A stretch of DNA of 64,000 nt from the NCBI RefSeq assembly GCF_018350175.1, contig NC_058368.1, positions 83,454,001 through 83,518,000 of the forward strand. Reading direction: 5' to 3'. How positions within the stretch are numbered: position 1 is the stretch's first letter; each line of letters opens with the position of its first letter. The translations under genes and the position numbers were made by a program. The notes below the pieces were generated by a model. It searched no databases. It was not told the DNA's origin and saw only the letters and a program-made list of their open reading frames with translations. Positions 22,662-36,875 of this stretch are shown piece by piece. The DNA is from Felis catus (lineage: Eukaryota).

Positions 22662-23715
22662 TATTTTTTTTTCTTGAATATAGTTGAAACACACTGTTAC
22701 ATTAATTTTAGGTGTACAACATAGTGATTTCACAAGTTTATACATTATTCTATGTCCACCACAACTATAGCTACTATATGCCAATATATGATGATATTAC
22801 AATATCATTGCCTATATTCTTTATGCTGTGGCTTTAAAAAAATGTGTATTTATTTACTTTGAGAGAGAGAAGTAGGGAGAGAGAGAGGAGAATACCAAGC
22901 AGGCTACACGCTGTCAGTGCAGAGCCTGACATAGGGCTTGAATTCATGAACCGAGAAATCATAACCTAAGCCTAAATCAAGAGTCAGAGGTTTAACCAAC
23001 TGAGCCACCCAGACAACCTGCTGTGCCTTAATTCCCATGATTTATTCATTGCATAACTGTAAACCTATAACTCTTACTACCCTTTACGCATTTTGCCTAC
23101 CACCCCCACCCATTTCTCCTCTGGCAACCATCATTTTCTTCTCTGTATATATCTATTCTGCTTTTGTTTGTTTATTCAATCCCTTTTTAAAAAAAAATTT
23201 CATATATGAGTGAAATCATATGGTATTTGTCTTTCTCATTCTGAGAAAGATATATATCTATATCTATATCATCTATATTATAACTATATCTTACATCTTT
23301 CTTACCCAGTTGTCTATTAATGGGCACTTAGTTTGCTTCCATATCTTGGTTATTATAAGTAATTCTGCAATAAACACTAATCATCAGGAAAAGAAAATCA
23401 AAAACACAATCAAATATTACCTTATACATATCAGGATGGCTAAAATCAGAAACAGAAAAAAATAACAACTGTGGGAAAAATGTGAAGAAGATGGAAACCT
23501 CATACACTGCTGGTGGGAATGTAAATTTGTACAGTCACTGTGGAAAAACATAAGGATGTTCCTCAAAAAATTAAAAATAGAAAAACCATATTATATAATA
23601 ATTCCAGTACTGGGTGTTTACCCAAAGAAAATGAAAAAAAAAAGTAATTGAAAATATTCATGCCCTCTTTTGTTTACTGCAGCATTATTTACGATAGGTT
23701 AAGTATGGAAGCAAT
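22662..23715. mobile_element. L1 3' fragment with inversion (minus to about 23375, then plus), containing a minus SINE at about 22845-23018
   Basis: Reverse-complement L1 3' UTR followed by plus-strand cactaatcatcaggaaa... Confidence 0.65.
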
Positions 23716-23782
23716 ACTTTTATTGATGTAGTCATATGTGAATTAATTTCCTTATGTGCTATTATTAAATGATTTGAATTCT

Positions 23783-23912
23783 CAGGACCCTCTGCTGGCT
23801 CAGTCGGTAAAGCATGTGAATCATGTGAATTTTCAACTTGGGGTTGTGAGTTTAAGCCCCACATGGGATGTAGAGATTATTTAAAAATATAATCTTTTAA
23901 ATAAATAAATAA
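23783..23912 (+). mobile_element. Short tRNA-derived carnivore SINE
   Basis: ggctcagtcggtaaagcatg...gtagagattatttaaaaat. Confidence 0.75.
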
Positions 23913-24169
23913 ATGATTGGAAGTCTCATCACAAACTTTGTTACTATAATTTCCTCACTCATTACTTGGTGGACTGAGATTTGTTCTAAATCAATTTTAT
24001 CATAAAAGAAATATTGATAATCTGTTTCCTAAAGCATCACATACTTGAAGTTTCTCTTCTTTTCTATTTCTCTTCCCAAACTTGAAAAATGACTTTGCTT
24101 ATATTAAAACAGCCCACTAATATTTTGATAAATATTGCTTTGTTTTTTTCTATCATTTTATGTTCTTTT

Positions 24170-24360
24170 TTGTAATATTTATTTCTTTATTTTGAGAGAG
24201 AGAGAGAGAGAGAGAGCATGAGCAGTGGAGGGGCAGAGAGAGAGGGAGAGAGAGAATCCTAAGCAGGCTCTTCGCGAACAGATTTCATGAACCATAAGAT
24301 AGTGACCTGAGCTGAAATTAGGAGTCATATGCTCAACCAACTGAGCCCCCAGATGTCCTT
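24170..24360 (-). mobile_element. Can-SINE
   Basis: (GA)n plus SINE body. Confidence 0.85.
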
Positions 24361-24834
24361 ATCATTTTATATTCTTAATGGAATTTCAGAGGTCACTTTA
24401 ATATGTCTATATATAAATATATATGGGACATTGTTTTTGCCCAATAATTTCCCAAGAATTCTCACTTGTATAGTTACAGTTCCATATTTTTTGCAGGATA
24501 CATTATGATTTGTTATAGAAAATGCAATATAATATTTTGAAAAACACATCAGAGTATTGTTTTCATTTTATTCATTTATAGTTATATTTTTCAAACATCA
24601 TACATATGATTTACTTGACACTTTTGGTTGGTTTTCAAAACTATCAATAGATTTTTGATGCTCTACTTTTTTTTCCTGATTTATTTCCTTCAGAAATTTT
24701 ATGTCTCCTTTTAAGTTCTTAATCACTTTTAGCTATTTTCACTCTTCTTTAGATCTTAACATCACAAAATGGATTTTTAAAATGTAAAAAAATCAAAATC
24801 TTACCAAGTGTCTTCTATTTTTAAATATCTTAAA

Positions 24835-25033
24835 AAATATTTTATTTATTATTGAGAGAGAGAGAGAGAGTGACAGGGAAGGGGCAGAGAGAGAGGGAGA
24901 CACATTACGTGAAGCAGGCTCCAGGCTCTGAGCTGTAAGCGCACAGCCCGACACAAAGCTGAAACTCACAAAACGTGAGATCATGACCTGAGCCAAAGTC
25001 AGATGCTTAACTGACTGAGCCACTCAGGTGCCC
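24835..25033 (-). mobile_element. Can-SINE
   Basis: SINE body; TSD-like ttacca(a/g)gtgtctt on both flanks. Confidence 0.9.
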
Positions 25034-25034
25034 T

Positions 25035-28000
25035 TTACCAGGTGTCTTTTCTGACAGTAATGCAATGAAACTAGGAATCAGTAAAAGTGACACAATAGAC
25101 AAATTCAAAATATGTGAAAATAAAGTAATCCTCTTTAAAAAATAATTGGGTCAAAAAGAAATCAGAAAGGAGTTTTAAATTATTTTGAGATAAAAACAAA
25201 AACAACAGTTACCAAAACTTATCATATGCAGCAAAAGTTGTATTAATGCCTCTGATAAAAAGAGAAAAATTTAGGGGCACCTGGGTGGCTCAGTTGGTTG
25301 TGTTCAACTTCAGCTCAGGTGATGAATTCACAGTTTGTGAGTTTTAGCCCCGCATCAGGTTCTGTGCTGACAACTCAGAGTCTGGAGCCTGCTTCAGATT
25401 CTGTGTCTCCCTCTCTTCCTGTCCTTCCCCTGCTCATGCTCTGTCTCTTTATGTCTCTTAAAAATAAATAAAATGTAAAAAAAAAATTTTAAATAAAAAA
25501 TGAGAAAAATTTAAAATAAGCAATTTACACCTTCAATAAGTAGGAAAAAGAAGAAGACAAACTAAACATAAACTTCTTAGAGGGGAATAAATATTAAATA
25601 AATGACAAAATAAAATACAGAATACAAAAAATTAAAATTAAAATTAAAAATTGTTTTATTTAAAGAATAAAATAAGCAAACCTTTATTGAAACTATGAAA
25701 AAAGAGAAGAGACTAAAACAAATTTAGAATTGAAAGAGGTGATGTTACAATGAATGTTTCCAGAAATAAAAAAAGAATCAAATGGTCAGAAGTTAGATCC
25801 TGAGCTTACATCCCATGGACACACCAAGATAACAGCCATATCAATACAGTAACTCTTAAAATGACCCAAGATCAGGAGAAATAGCTGATTATCTTCATTT
25901 ATAGAAACAAACACAGAGAGCTAGACAAAATGAGGAGACAGAAGAGTTGGATCCAAATGAAAGAACAGGACAAAAAGACAACAAAAGAGCTAAATGAAAC
26001 CAGAAAAGCAATATGCCTGATAAATAATTTAAAGTAATGGACATAAAGATATTCAGCAGCCTTAAGAAAATAGTAGAGGATCTCACTGATACCTTCAGTG
26101 AAGAGACATAAAATATAAAGAAGAACCAAAGGAGAAAAAAATTGAATAACTGAAATAGAAAATACACTAGAGAGAATGAATAACAGATTAGAGGAGGCAG
26201 AAGATAAGATCAGGGGCCTGGAGAACAGGATAATGGAAAGAAAACAAGCTTAACAACAAAAAGAAAAAGGAATAATAAAACATGAGAAGAGGTTAAGAGA
26301 ACTCAGCAAGATCATCTACTGTAATATCACTGTCATTATAGGTATCAGAGATGGGTAAGTGGGGGGAGGGGTGTGCATAAAACGTATTTGAAGAAATAAG
26401 AGCTGAAAATGTTCCTAATCTGGGGAATGAAATAGACTTTCATATACAGGAGGCATGGAGAACCCTCAACTAGATGGCTTCACAGGTGAATTTTAACAAA
26501 TATTTAAATTTTTTGAATGTTTATTTATTTTAGAGAGAGAATAAGGGAGCACAAGCTTGGGAGTGGCTGAGAGAGAGGGGGGCAGAGGATCTGAAGTGGG
26601 CTTCATGTTGACCAATGCAGGGCTTGAACTCACAAACTGTGAGATGATGCCCTGAGCCAAAGTTGGATGCTTAGACTGAGCCACCCAGGTGCCCCTGAAT
26701 TTTAACACATTTTTAAAGAAGTGTTAATACTTATTCTTTTCAAACTATTGCACTAACAACAACAAAAAAAAAAAAAGAGGAAGGAATGCTTGCAAAAATG
26801 TTTTACAGGCTGGCATTACTTTAGTACCAAAACCAGATAAAGATACTATGAAAAAAGAAAACTACAGGCCAATATGTCTGTTAGATATAGGTGAAACAAT
26901 TCTTAACAAAATATTAGCAAACTAAATCCAACAATACCTTTAAAAAAATCATTAAACACAATCATGCAGGATTTACTATAGGGATGCAACAGTTCAATAT
27001 TTGCCAATTAATCAATACAATATATCACATTAACAAAAGAAAGGATTAAAATAATGAAATTATCTCAATTGATGCAGAAAAAAACATTTGGCAAAGTAAG
27101 CATCCATTCATGATAAAAACTCTCAACAAAGTAGTTTAGAGGGAACATATCTCAGTATAATAAAGGCTATATGTGAAAAGCCCATAGCTAACATCATATT
27201 CAATGGTGAAAAACAGGACTTTCCTTCTAAGATCACAAATAAGAGTAGGATGTCCAAATCAGCACTTTTATTCAACATAGTATCAGAAGTCCTAGCCATA
27301 ACCATCAGACAAGAAAAAGACAAAGATTTCCAATTGGTAAGAAAGAAATAAAACTTTCACTATTTACAGATGACATGATACTATATGTAGAAAACCTGAA
27401 AACTCGTCCTCCAAACAAAACAAAACAAAACAAAACAAAACAAAACAAAACAAAACAAAAAAACCCTACTAGAATTGATAAATGAATTCAGTAAAGTATT
27501 AGGATATAAAATCAATGTGGAGAGATCTGTTGCATTTCTATACACTAATGAAGCAGGAGAAAAAAATTAAGAAAGCAATACCATTTACAGTAGTGTCCAA
27601 AACAATAAGATAACTAAGAATAAACCTAACCAAAGAGGTGAAAGACTTATGCTCTGAAACTGTAAAACATCCATGAAACAATTGAAGAGGACACAAAGAA
27701 ATGGAAACATATTCCATACTCATGAATTAAAAGAACACATGTAGTTAAAATGTAGTATAGACCCAAAGCAATCTACACATATAATGTAAGTCCAATCAAA
27801 ATACCAATAGCATTTTTCACAGAGCTAGAACAAACAATCCTAAAATTTGTATGGAACCACAGAGAACCCTGAATAGTGAAAGCAATCTTAAAACAAAAAA
27901 ACAAAAAAACAAAACATTAAAAAAGGAACAAAGCTGGAAGAATCACAAGATATAATATATCACAAGATATATTACAAAGCTTAAGTAATCAAAATACAAT

Positions 28001-28400
28001 GGAAATGGCACAAAAAAAGACACATACTCAATGGAACTAACTAAAGAGTCCAGAAATAATTCCACATAGCATTATTCACAATAATGGTGCAGAGCTGGGG
28101 AAATTCCACATAGCATTATTCACAATAAGGTGCAGAGCTGGGGAAAATTGGAGATATGTTGGTCAAGAGTAAAACATTCTAGTTTTGATGTTTCAATAGC
28201 CTAGAAATCTAATTGTCTGAATTATGGTTATGATTATGAGTATATAACAATACTGTATTGAATACCATAAATTTGCCAAGCGAAATTTCAGATGATCTGA
28301 TCACCAATAAAAAAATAAACTTTATTAGGAGAGGGGATTTTAATTATTTTGGCTATAGTGATCATTTTACCATTTTAATGCATATTAAAGTCTACATGCT
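25035..28400 (+). mobile_element. Old L1 fragments (ORF2 pieces and an ORF1 piece at about 25790-26470), with SINEs at about 25274-25500 (+) and 26505-26696 (-)
   Basis: aaagaaaactacaggccaatat and gatgacatgatactatatgtagaaaacc signatures. Confidence 0.75.
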
Positions 28401-31247
28401 ACTACATAGTTATTGTTTTAAAAATATTTTATTTATTTATTTATTTATTTATTTTTAAATATTTTAAAATAAAAGCAAAATTAAATTACAAGAAGACATT
28501 TTCAGAAACAAAAATGAATGCATGATTCTTTGCCACTCATTGAAAGAACAATTATGTTTAAAACATATATATACAAGAAGCAAGGGATTGGAAATGAAGA
28601 CACAGTCAAGTTTTAGAAGCTGGAAAGCAGAATGGCTGATATTTAACTATTACATCTAGAATGCCAAAAGCTAAGCTGACAATCAGGAAAATTCAGAAAC
28701 AAGTTAAAGCCTGCCAGAAGAACACCTCCAGTGGCTTGAAATTGGAGTGACCAGTTATGTCTAAACACTATAGGTAAAACTGAAACAGAGGCTTGGATAA
28801 AAACCTGTTCGCGTCCAAATATTCTTACATCATCAAGTTGGAAAACTGTTCCATCCCTACTTAGCACAGCACTAGAACTTTACTTAATGTGATGTGAAAC
28901 CCAAGGGATCTGGTTTTGGAAAAAATACGCATGGTATAGATGTATAATGGAACATTGACATGCCAGATTGTGAGAAACTAGCTCTTTTTAGTTCTGCAGA
29001 TGCTGGAAGTCCTGAGAGAGACACCTCCCAGGAGAAACAAATCACTGCAAAACAAACAAACAAACAAACAAACAAACATACAGACAAAACCCAGAGATAC
29101 TGGCATTTGGGGTTTCCAACTCATTGTATTACTGAATCATAGTTTAGTGAAGCTTCCGGTTATTGAGACTTACTTTGGCCCAGACACCTTTGCATCAGCA
29201 GAGAGCCAGTGAAGATTTTCTAAAATTAAAAAAAAAAAAAACAGAAATCAAAACAAATAAGTAGGAGAAAAAAGGACATGGAGAATGCAGTGAACAAAGT
29301 CACTCAAAATAAATCAAAGAAGGAACAGTGATTAATATGCTCATAAAGATAATAGGTATTAGCTAGAACCTGATGTTATAAAAACAAAATTAGAGGAATA
29401 AAATAACATAATTATAAAATATCATAATATTTAAATTATGGCAGTGGAGACAACAATACAGAACTAAAAGGCAAATATAAAGACAAGGTGAACATCGAAA
29501 ATAAAATTAGAGGTTCATTTTGAGAAAAAAAAGCAAATAATAGGAATTTAAGAAGAAAAGAATAGGAAAAAATTGCTCCAATAAAATGAGGGAGAAAATC
29601 AAGAAGGAGGAAAACATAAGACTGAGAGAACAAGGAATCCAGGGAAGTGGGTAGGTGGTGAGGAGAATGAAGAAGGAGCTCTGTGCAGGTAAGCTAGGTC
29701 AAGTGGTCTGAGTGGGAGCAGGAAGACCAAGATTGTAGAAAGGTGGTCTGAGTGAGAGCAGGAACACAGAGGTTGTAGAAAAAATTGGGAGAACTCTGAA
29801 GTATTCACAATTTCTAGAGAATAATTACCAAGAGGAAATGTATACCTATGGCAGTGAAGCAAATAAAAATTAACTAACCAAAATAAGATCTAATGAATTC
29901 TAGGAAGAAAAAAAAAGCATGTCTTTAAGGAAATGCAGCCACAGTGCTAATGACTCACTTGTCAACATGTATACTGTCTTAATAATATAAACGCTGAATT
30001 TTAGTTTGACAAAGTCAGTGGAGTTATAACTTTCTTAGGCTGATGGGTGAATAAGTGCATATGTGTACAGAGTCCAGAAGAAGGGAAAAGAGCTAAATCT
30101 ACATCACTGGTAGTGGAACTTACACTTTTATGTCCCTATGGACTCTGAAAACAGTGCTAACGAACTAGATGACAAAGGTAGGACTTCCTGTACTGCAAGG
30201 AGTAAAACTCACAGACTGCAACCATACTGCATTATAAGCCGTGTGAAGGAAAAGCTTTTTTTTCTCCACTATGCTATAATCTAGCCCCTAGTACAGTATG
30301 TAATATCTGTGCATGTGCACCTCACAGACCTCATTGCCACCCACTGTAGTTCTTCAGCAGGACGCTGGTGGTAAAAAACATTGTGCTTAAGTAAAACATA
30401 TTAGTCTAAGGCAAATTATTTTCAATTTTGAATGTTCATATTACAAGAGAAACCCCTTAGTGACAGCTTAATGAGGTAACCTCTGTCATGGAATAAGATA
30501 ATGTGCATTCATTTTTAAATTATAAGGAATGTTCAACAGTATCTTAAGTGCATATGCTAGAATGGTAAGCAGATAAAAGCATATTAAGCATTCAAAGAAA
30601 ATTTTATATAAAATAGTTACAAATAAATTTATCAAAGAATTTCTTCCTCTATGTTCTGAAACTTTGGGTAACTAGCTTCCTTTTAGTTTCACAAAAATGA
30701 AAGGAGAGAAATTGCCTTAGAAAAAATATTTAAAACAATAAACCACTATTAAATTCATAATTACAGAAATATGCATCGATGAAAAGAAGAAATACAACAT
30801 TTTATTTTATCTTCTTAATTGTTTTTATAGTAATACAGTATACAAATGAGACAGGACAGGTAAGCCCAGTGTCAGGTAGAGACAGCAGCAGCAGACAAAA
30901 CTGCAATGGGCTAATGATAGTTCACACCTCAGGACTGTTAACTGACAGGTAACTAAGATTATCAATGTTCCCACCAAACCTACCTCCATATAACGAGGCA
31001 GGTTTAATGGTAAGCCAATTTTTATCTATGAAAAGTCCAGGGACCTGAAGATAGTAAACTTCCCTTATACCATAAGACTCTCATTTAGGTACCTGACTCT
31101 CAAGACTGAACCCTTGATCCAGAATGTCTCCTGAGTGCTGGGGACAAAAATGATGGTAAAGGTGCTGCTGATAATAACTAACACAAAAGTTATGAGCCAG
31201 GAAAGAACTCCACTCATATGAACATACCTGACGCCTACACACAAAAA

Positions 31248-31330
31248 GAAAATAAGGCACAAAGAGGTTAAGTAATTTGTCCAAGGTTGTAAGTGGTGTA
31301 ACAGATTGTGACTCAACCTATCTGCACAAC
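31248..31330 (+). mobile_element. MIR core fragment
   Basis: gaaaataaggcacaaagaggttaagtaatttgtccaagg. Confidence 0.65.
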
Positions 31331-32028
31331 ACAAAATACCTCTGAAGATAATGATAAACATCTGCTCAAGGAAGAAAATGTTTAATGACAAAAGAAAAAG
31401 AAAATCAACATTAATCCTTCAAAGTCACCTATAATACCAATCTGTTGTTTTTCATCGTTTTTATTTTATTTCCCTCATGATACACACTGATTTAAGTAAT
31501 ACACCAAGGACATAGAGTGTTTGAGGATAATGTATTGCTATTAATTAACCTACAAGGTGAATGGCTAAAGGCTAATGCCAAGTTGGTCCATAGTAATACC
31601 TATTGGAGACATAGATTTGAAAATAATCTTTTGGGAATTTTTATTTATTCATAGATTTCTTCTGTGAATCAGATCAGCAAGCCAAAGCATAAAGGGGAGA
31701 CATATAGAAGTCTCAGATATAATTGCAAATGGCTATGCATTTAGTACCTAAGCTATCAGCTACTTAATGAACCAAGGGAGACTCCTGTTGAGGTCTGTGC
31801 CCTGAGAATACACAGAAGAATGCTAAGTATACAAATGACAAAGGCCAAATTTTATTTACCTCAAGGAGCAGTATACTCAGAAAATCTCTATTCTAAAACT
31901 CCCTTCCACTCGATTTTTTATTAACTTCTTTCTCTTGTTGAGACTGGTACTGAGAAGTTAGGAAACATACTGAAGGCTACTGATACCAAAAATAACAAAG
32001 CCACAGTTAAAACGTCAATTGAGTTTTG

Positions 32029-32226
32029 CAGGCATACCTTAGAGATATTGCAAGTTCAGTTCTACACCACTTCAAAAAAACAAATATTACCCAAAAAAGT
32101 GAGTCCAATATGTTTTTTGTTTCCCAATATACATAAAAGTTATGCTTACTTTATGTCATAGTCTTTTAAGTGTTCAATAGCAATTAATCTAAAAACTTGC
32201 ACACCTTCAAAAATACTTTATTGCTA
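32029..32226. mobile_element. Tigger1-like DNA transposon end
   Basis: caggcatacct.agagatattgc TIR end and subterminal sequence recalled from the Tigger1 consensus. Confidence 0.75.
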
Positions 32227-32227
32227 T

Positions 32228-33776
32228 TGACTGAGAAAAGAGGCAGAGCTGAAATAAATAGGTATATGCATTTGGGGTCTCAGAATTGCAATTAGGGAAG
32301 CAAAGATTTAGGTAGCAACCCAAATTGTGTCCCTCTAGGGAACAAAAGTCAAGGGTTTTAAAAGACAAAAGGGAATGCTTGTGTGCATTATTTATAAAGA
32401 ATTTTGATTGGTGTTGGTGTCAGAAAACTAATCTTGGCTGAACATAATTGTTTGCTTATCACTAAGCAAAGTCTCTTACCACAAGGAGTTGCGGGTGTTT
32501 AGGCAGAGTCCTCATAATATTTGCAGTTTGGCCCAGTTAGTTTAGTTTTATCCAATGAGGATGCACCAAGGACCACTTCCTTAATGACCTCATGTCTCCA
32601 TTTTATTTTATTTTATTTTATTTTATTTTATTTTATTTTATTTTATTTTATTTTATTTTATTTTACTTTATTTTAATGTTTATTTTCAAGAGAGAGAGAA
32701 ATAGCAAGAAAAGGAGAGGCAAAAAGAGAGAGAGGAAGACACAGAATCTGAGGCAGGCTCCAGCTGTCAGCACAGAGCTTGATGTGGGGCTTGAACTCAC
32801 TAACTGTGAGATCATGACCTGAGCCAAAGTCAGACGCTTAACCAACAGTAGGGCCCCTAGTGTCTCCATTCTAAAAGCTCCTGACATATGTGTTTGCATT
32901 TCATTTTACCTTTCACATTTCTCCCTTTTGATCAAGATTGTTCTCTAAAATTATTGCTGATCAACTATAGATTTATTTAGTCCTGTGTGCCTGGTTAGAC
33001 CTGCCCCAGAAAGTCATGTCACATGTTGGGGGGAATTTTAATCTCTCTGTCATTTTAAAAAGTCACTGTTACTAGGGTTAGGCCACACTTTGTTTTTTAA
33101 TTTTTTTTTTACATTTGTTTATTTTTGAAAGACAGAATGAGACAGAGCATAAGCAGGAGAGGGGGAGAGAGAGAAGGAGACACAGAATCCAAAGCAGGCT
33201 CCAGGCTCCTCACTGAGCCACAGAGGCACCCCATGGTTAGGCCATTCTTCAGTAACAAGGAGGCTGTCAGGAAATAACTTCTAGGCAGTTTCCTCATCTG
33301 GGAACTTTAGGACACCCTCTGGATTTCAGATGAATATGTTATATTTATTATTTCAACATATTGTGTGACCATAATCTTGGTGGTTGTAGAGGTTCTAGAT
33401 CCAAAACTATCAGCTAATTAAGTAGAGTTTTCTTAGAAAGGTGATGGACATAAGCAGTACCAATATCTCAAAAACTTCATGGACAATAAGCATACCAATC
33501 TAGGTAATTAGGAAATACTTAAGAATGTTGAATTATTAAGTCTCTAAGGTTCTCAATAAATGTATCAGTACAATAAAACAGATACAAGGAAGTAAACAAA
33601 CTTTATAACAGTTGTTTACCAAGAATTTAGATTTGGGGTAAATTTATCTCCTACAGTTTATTGGTTGATCAAGGAGATTTTATCTATTATTATGAAAGGC
33701 TTTGTACTGCCTTCAAAAAGTGCTTTTTTAGCAAATAATTTGTTTAGGTTTTTTGGACAGGTCAGCAAGGTCAATA

Positions 33777-33827
<51 letters not shown>

Positions 33828-35060
33828 TTTTTTTTTAATGTTTATTTATTTTTGAAGGAGAGAGACCAGAGTGTGAGTGGGGGAGGTGCAGAGAGAGAGG
33901 GAGACACAGAATCTGAAGCACGTTCCAGGCTCTGAACTGTCAGCACAGAGCCCAACAGGGGGCTCAAACTCATAAGCCCAGAGATCATGACCTGAGCCGA
34001 AGTCCAACGCTTAACCAACTGAGCCACCCAGATGCCCCAATACTGTTATATTTTTAACAAGATGGAGTATACAGTACAAAATGCAGTCATTGTTGATAAT
34101 TTTTTTAAGTATTACAAAAATTAATGCTTATGTATTTTGAGAGAAAGACAGAGTGCGAGGAGGGGAAGGGCAGAGAGAGAGGGAGACACAGAATCTGAAG
34201 CAGGTTCCAGGCTCTGAGCTGTCAGCACAGAGCTTGATGCAGGCAGGGCTCAAGCTCAAGAGCCATGGGTTCAAGACCTGAGCCGAAGTTGGACACAACC
34301 AACTGAGCCATCCAGGTGCTCTGACAATTTTTTAATAAAATGCTTAGTTGAGCTAATATGGTTAAGACTGAGGAAAAGTTGAAACAAGATATGGGGACTC
34401 CTGGTTATAATAACTTCACCCAATTGGTAATATCTGTAGGCTAAGGGGTATAACTGAGAGTGGCATTTGGGACCAAAGAGAGATTAGGAAAGATCAAGCA
34501 GTCTCTGACATTGTGAACAGATAAGAGTTTTTGGTGAGATTTTCCCTCTTGTAATAGACTGAAAGATGTAAATAAGAGCACTATCTCTCTAAGAGAGAAA
34601 GGGGGGAAAAAAACAATGTAAGAAGCAGCAAGATAAGGGTATGCAGGCCTGCTCCTGTCATCTTGAGAAAGCTGTCTCCTTTAGCTGTCATCTGCTTTAT
34701 TTTCTGGAAATCTTTCCTTTTGGGTCACCAGTTAGTTGGTGTGTAGGTTCAGTAGGGGTTTGGTGTTTTCTTTAGATGTGATATGTGAATTCAAGCGTCT
34801 ATTTCATGGAATTTGGACTCCAAAAAGGTTGGGTTAACTGTACCTGATAGTTTTTCCTAATGGGATTGAAAGAGTTTCTTGAGGCATTTTTTTTTAACCA
34901 GATGAAGTCCCCAGGTTGTAACTTGTGATGTGTAAGTTTTTTATCTCCCAGGAGCATGCTGTGAATTCTTCTACCAAAGCATCATTATTTTTAATAAAAG
35001 TAAGTAGGCCTTTACAACATTAAAATATTTCTTATGTTATCAACTGTGGACGAAAAGAGC
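32228..35060 (-). mobile_element. Old ERV1 remnant: 3' LTR (about 32228-32916), PPT and degenerate internal region
   Basis: Minus-strand aaaagggagaaa (PPT) followed by TG; integrase C-terminus-like HHKLQPGDFIW...YQV at about 34830-34935. Confidence 0.6.
32600..32857 (-). mobile_element. Can-SINE with (TTTTA)n tail
   Basis: SINE body; TSD tgtctccatt. Confidence 0.9.
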
Positions 35061-35178
35061 AGGGGCTATGTTCAACATTTATAGTCACACACACAAAAAT
35101 ATTTAACAGTCTCCACCACAAGTCTTCATTTTTTAAAACTGTTTTAAAAAAAATTAATATTTATTTATTTTTGAGAGA

Positions 35179-35229
<51 letters not shown>

Positions 35230-36875
35230 GGGTTAGGGCAAGGAGAAGGAGACACAGAATCAGTAGCAGGCTCCAGGCTCTGAGTTGTCAGCACAGAGCC
35301 TGACGTGGGCTCAAACTCATGAACCATGAGATCATGACATAAGCTGAAGTCAGAAGCCCAACTGAATTAGCCACCCCTCCACTGTAACTCTTCAAACATA
35401 GGTTTCACAAGAAAAACAGAAAAATAATTACATAAACATTAAATTTGTATTTTCTTTTTATTTTTTTTTAATTTTTTTAATGCTTATTTATTTTTGAGAC
35501 AGAGAGAGACAGAGTGCAAGTGGGGGAGGGTCAGAGAGAGAGGGAGACACAGAATCTGAAACAGGCTCCAGGCTCTAAGCTGACAGCACAGAGCCCAATG
35601 TGGGGCTCGAACCCACAAATGGTGAGATCATGACCTGAGCCAAAGTCGGACGCTTAACCGCCTGAGCCACCCAGGTGCCCCTAAATTTGTATTTTCATGT
35701 GTTAAACCTTTTAAAATGAAATGACCTTTGTTCATTCATTCAACTAATAATTTCTTTTTTTAAGTTTATTTATTTATTCTGAGACAGAGTGAGAGAGAGA
35801 CCACTAGAGCATGGGAGCGCAAATGAGGGAGGGGTGGAGATAGAGGGAGAGAATCACAAAATCACAAAATCACACTCAAAAAGTGCAGAGATCGATGTGG
35901 GATTCAAAATCTCAAACCATGAGATCATGACCTGAGCCGAAATCAAGAGTCAGATGCTTAACCCACTGAGCCACCCACGTGCCCCCAACTAATAATTTTT
36001 TTAACACATATTCTATATCAGGAAGCTTTTTTGTGCTTGAGATGCATCAGGGAACAAAATCAAGATTTGTGTCCCTGTTTGTATTGTGCATAAAATCCAA
36101 TATAATTGGATAAGCAATAAAAAAATGAACTAAACAATGTGGAATAATCAGAATTGATGCTCTAGGTATTTATCACCTCTACATTCTTAGCTAGTTGTGC
36201 AAACCAAAGTATTATAGCAGAAACAGAAATTTTAAATATTTTCTTGAACTTTGAATCTCTGGGCTCTTGAAGGAAGCACTCATTGGGATGTTAGGTAACT
36301 GTGACAAGGGCATAGTAGGCATGTTGGTTTAACAAAACGTAGTAGCCAGCACAATCCCAAGTGGAAAAAAAATTATAAAGGCATCTAGTTTTAGGTATTA
36401 TATACTTATGAATCCAACTGTTGTATTAGTTAAATAACCTTTCAATATCATAAAATTAACTATTATTACTGTCTCATGTAAATCATTTCTGTATAGTAAG
36501 GATTTCATATTTCAGATACCTTGTATTCAGGTTGTTATCAGACTTCACTTACCAGGACTTCACTTCATCCAATGTAATCTAACTTTGTCACCTTCTAGGC
36601 AACAGAGGTCTGAATTCTCTTCTCTAAATAAATAATTGTCTACATATTTTCACTTTCTCGATCACTCTATTTTAAATTTGTATTTCATTTTATTTATTTT
36701 AGAGAGGGAGAGGAATCAGGGAGAGGGAAAGGGCAGAAAAAGAAGAAAACAGAGAATCCCAAGCAGGCTCCTTGAGGTCAGCACAGAGCTCGTGCAGGGC
36801 CCACGAACCATGAGATCATGACCGAGCTGAAATCAAGAGTCAGATGCTCAATTGACTGAGCCACCCAGGCACCCC
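33090..36875 (-). mobile_element. Cluster of seven minus-strand Can-SINEs (about 33090-33232, 33825-34038, 34120-34322, 35150-35378, 35455-35681, 35755-35986, 36680-36875)
   Basis: Each has a T-rich tail, (GA)n and gagccacccagg.gcccc-type end. Confidence 0.88.

Noticed and set aside
28500..32000. Possible hidden OR pseudogene or exon in less repetitive sequence
   Set aside because: No OR motifs or credible ORF were found by eye; probably very old repeat remnants. TBLASTN would be needed to exclude this fully.
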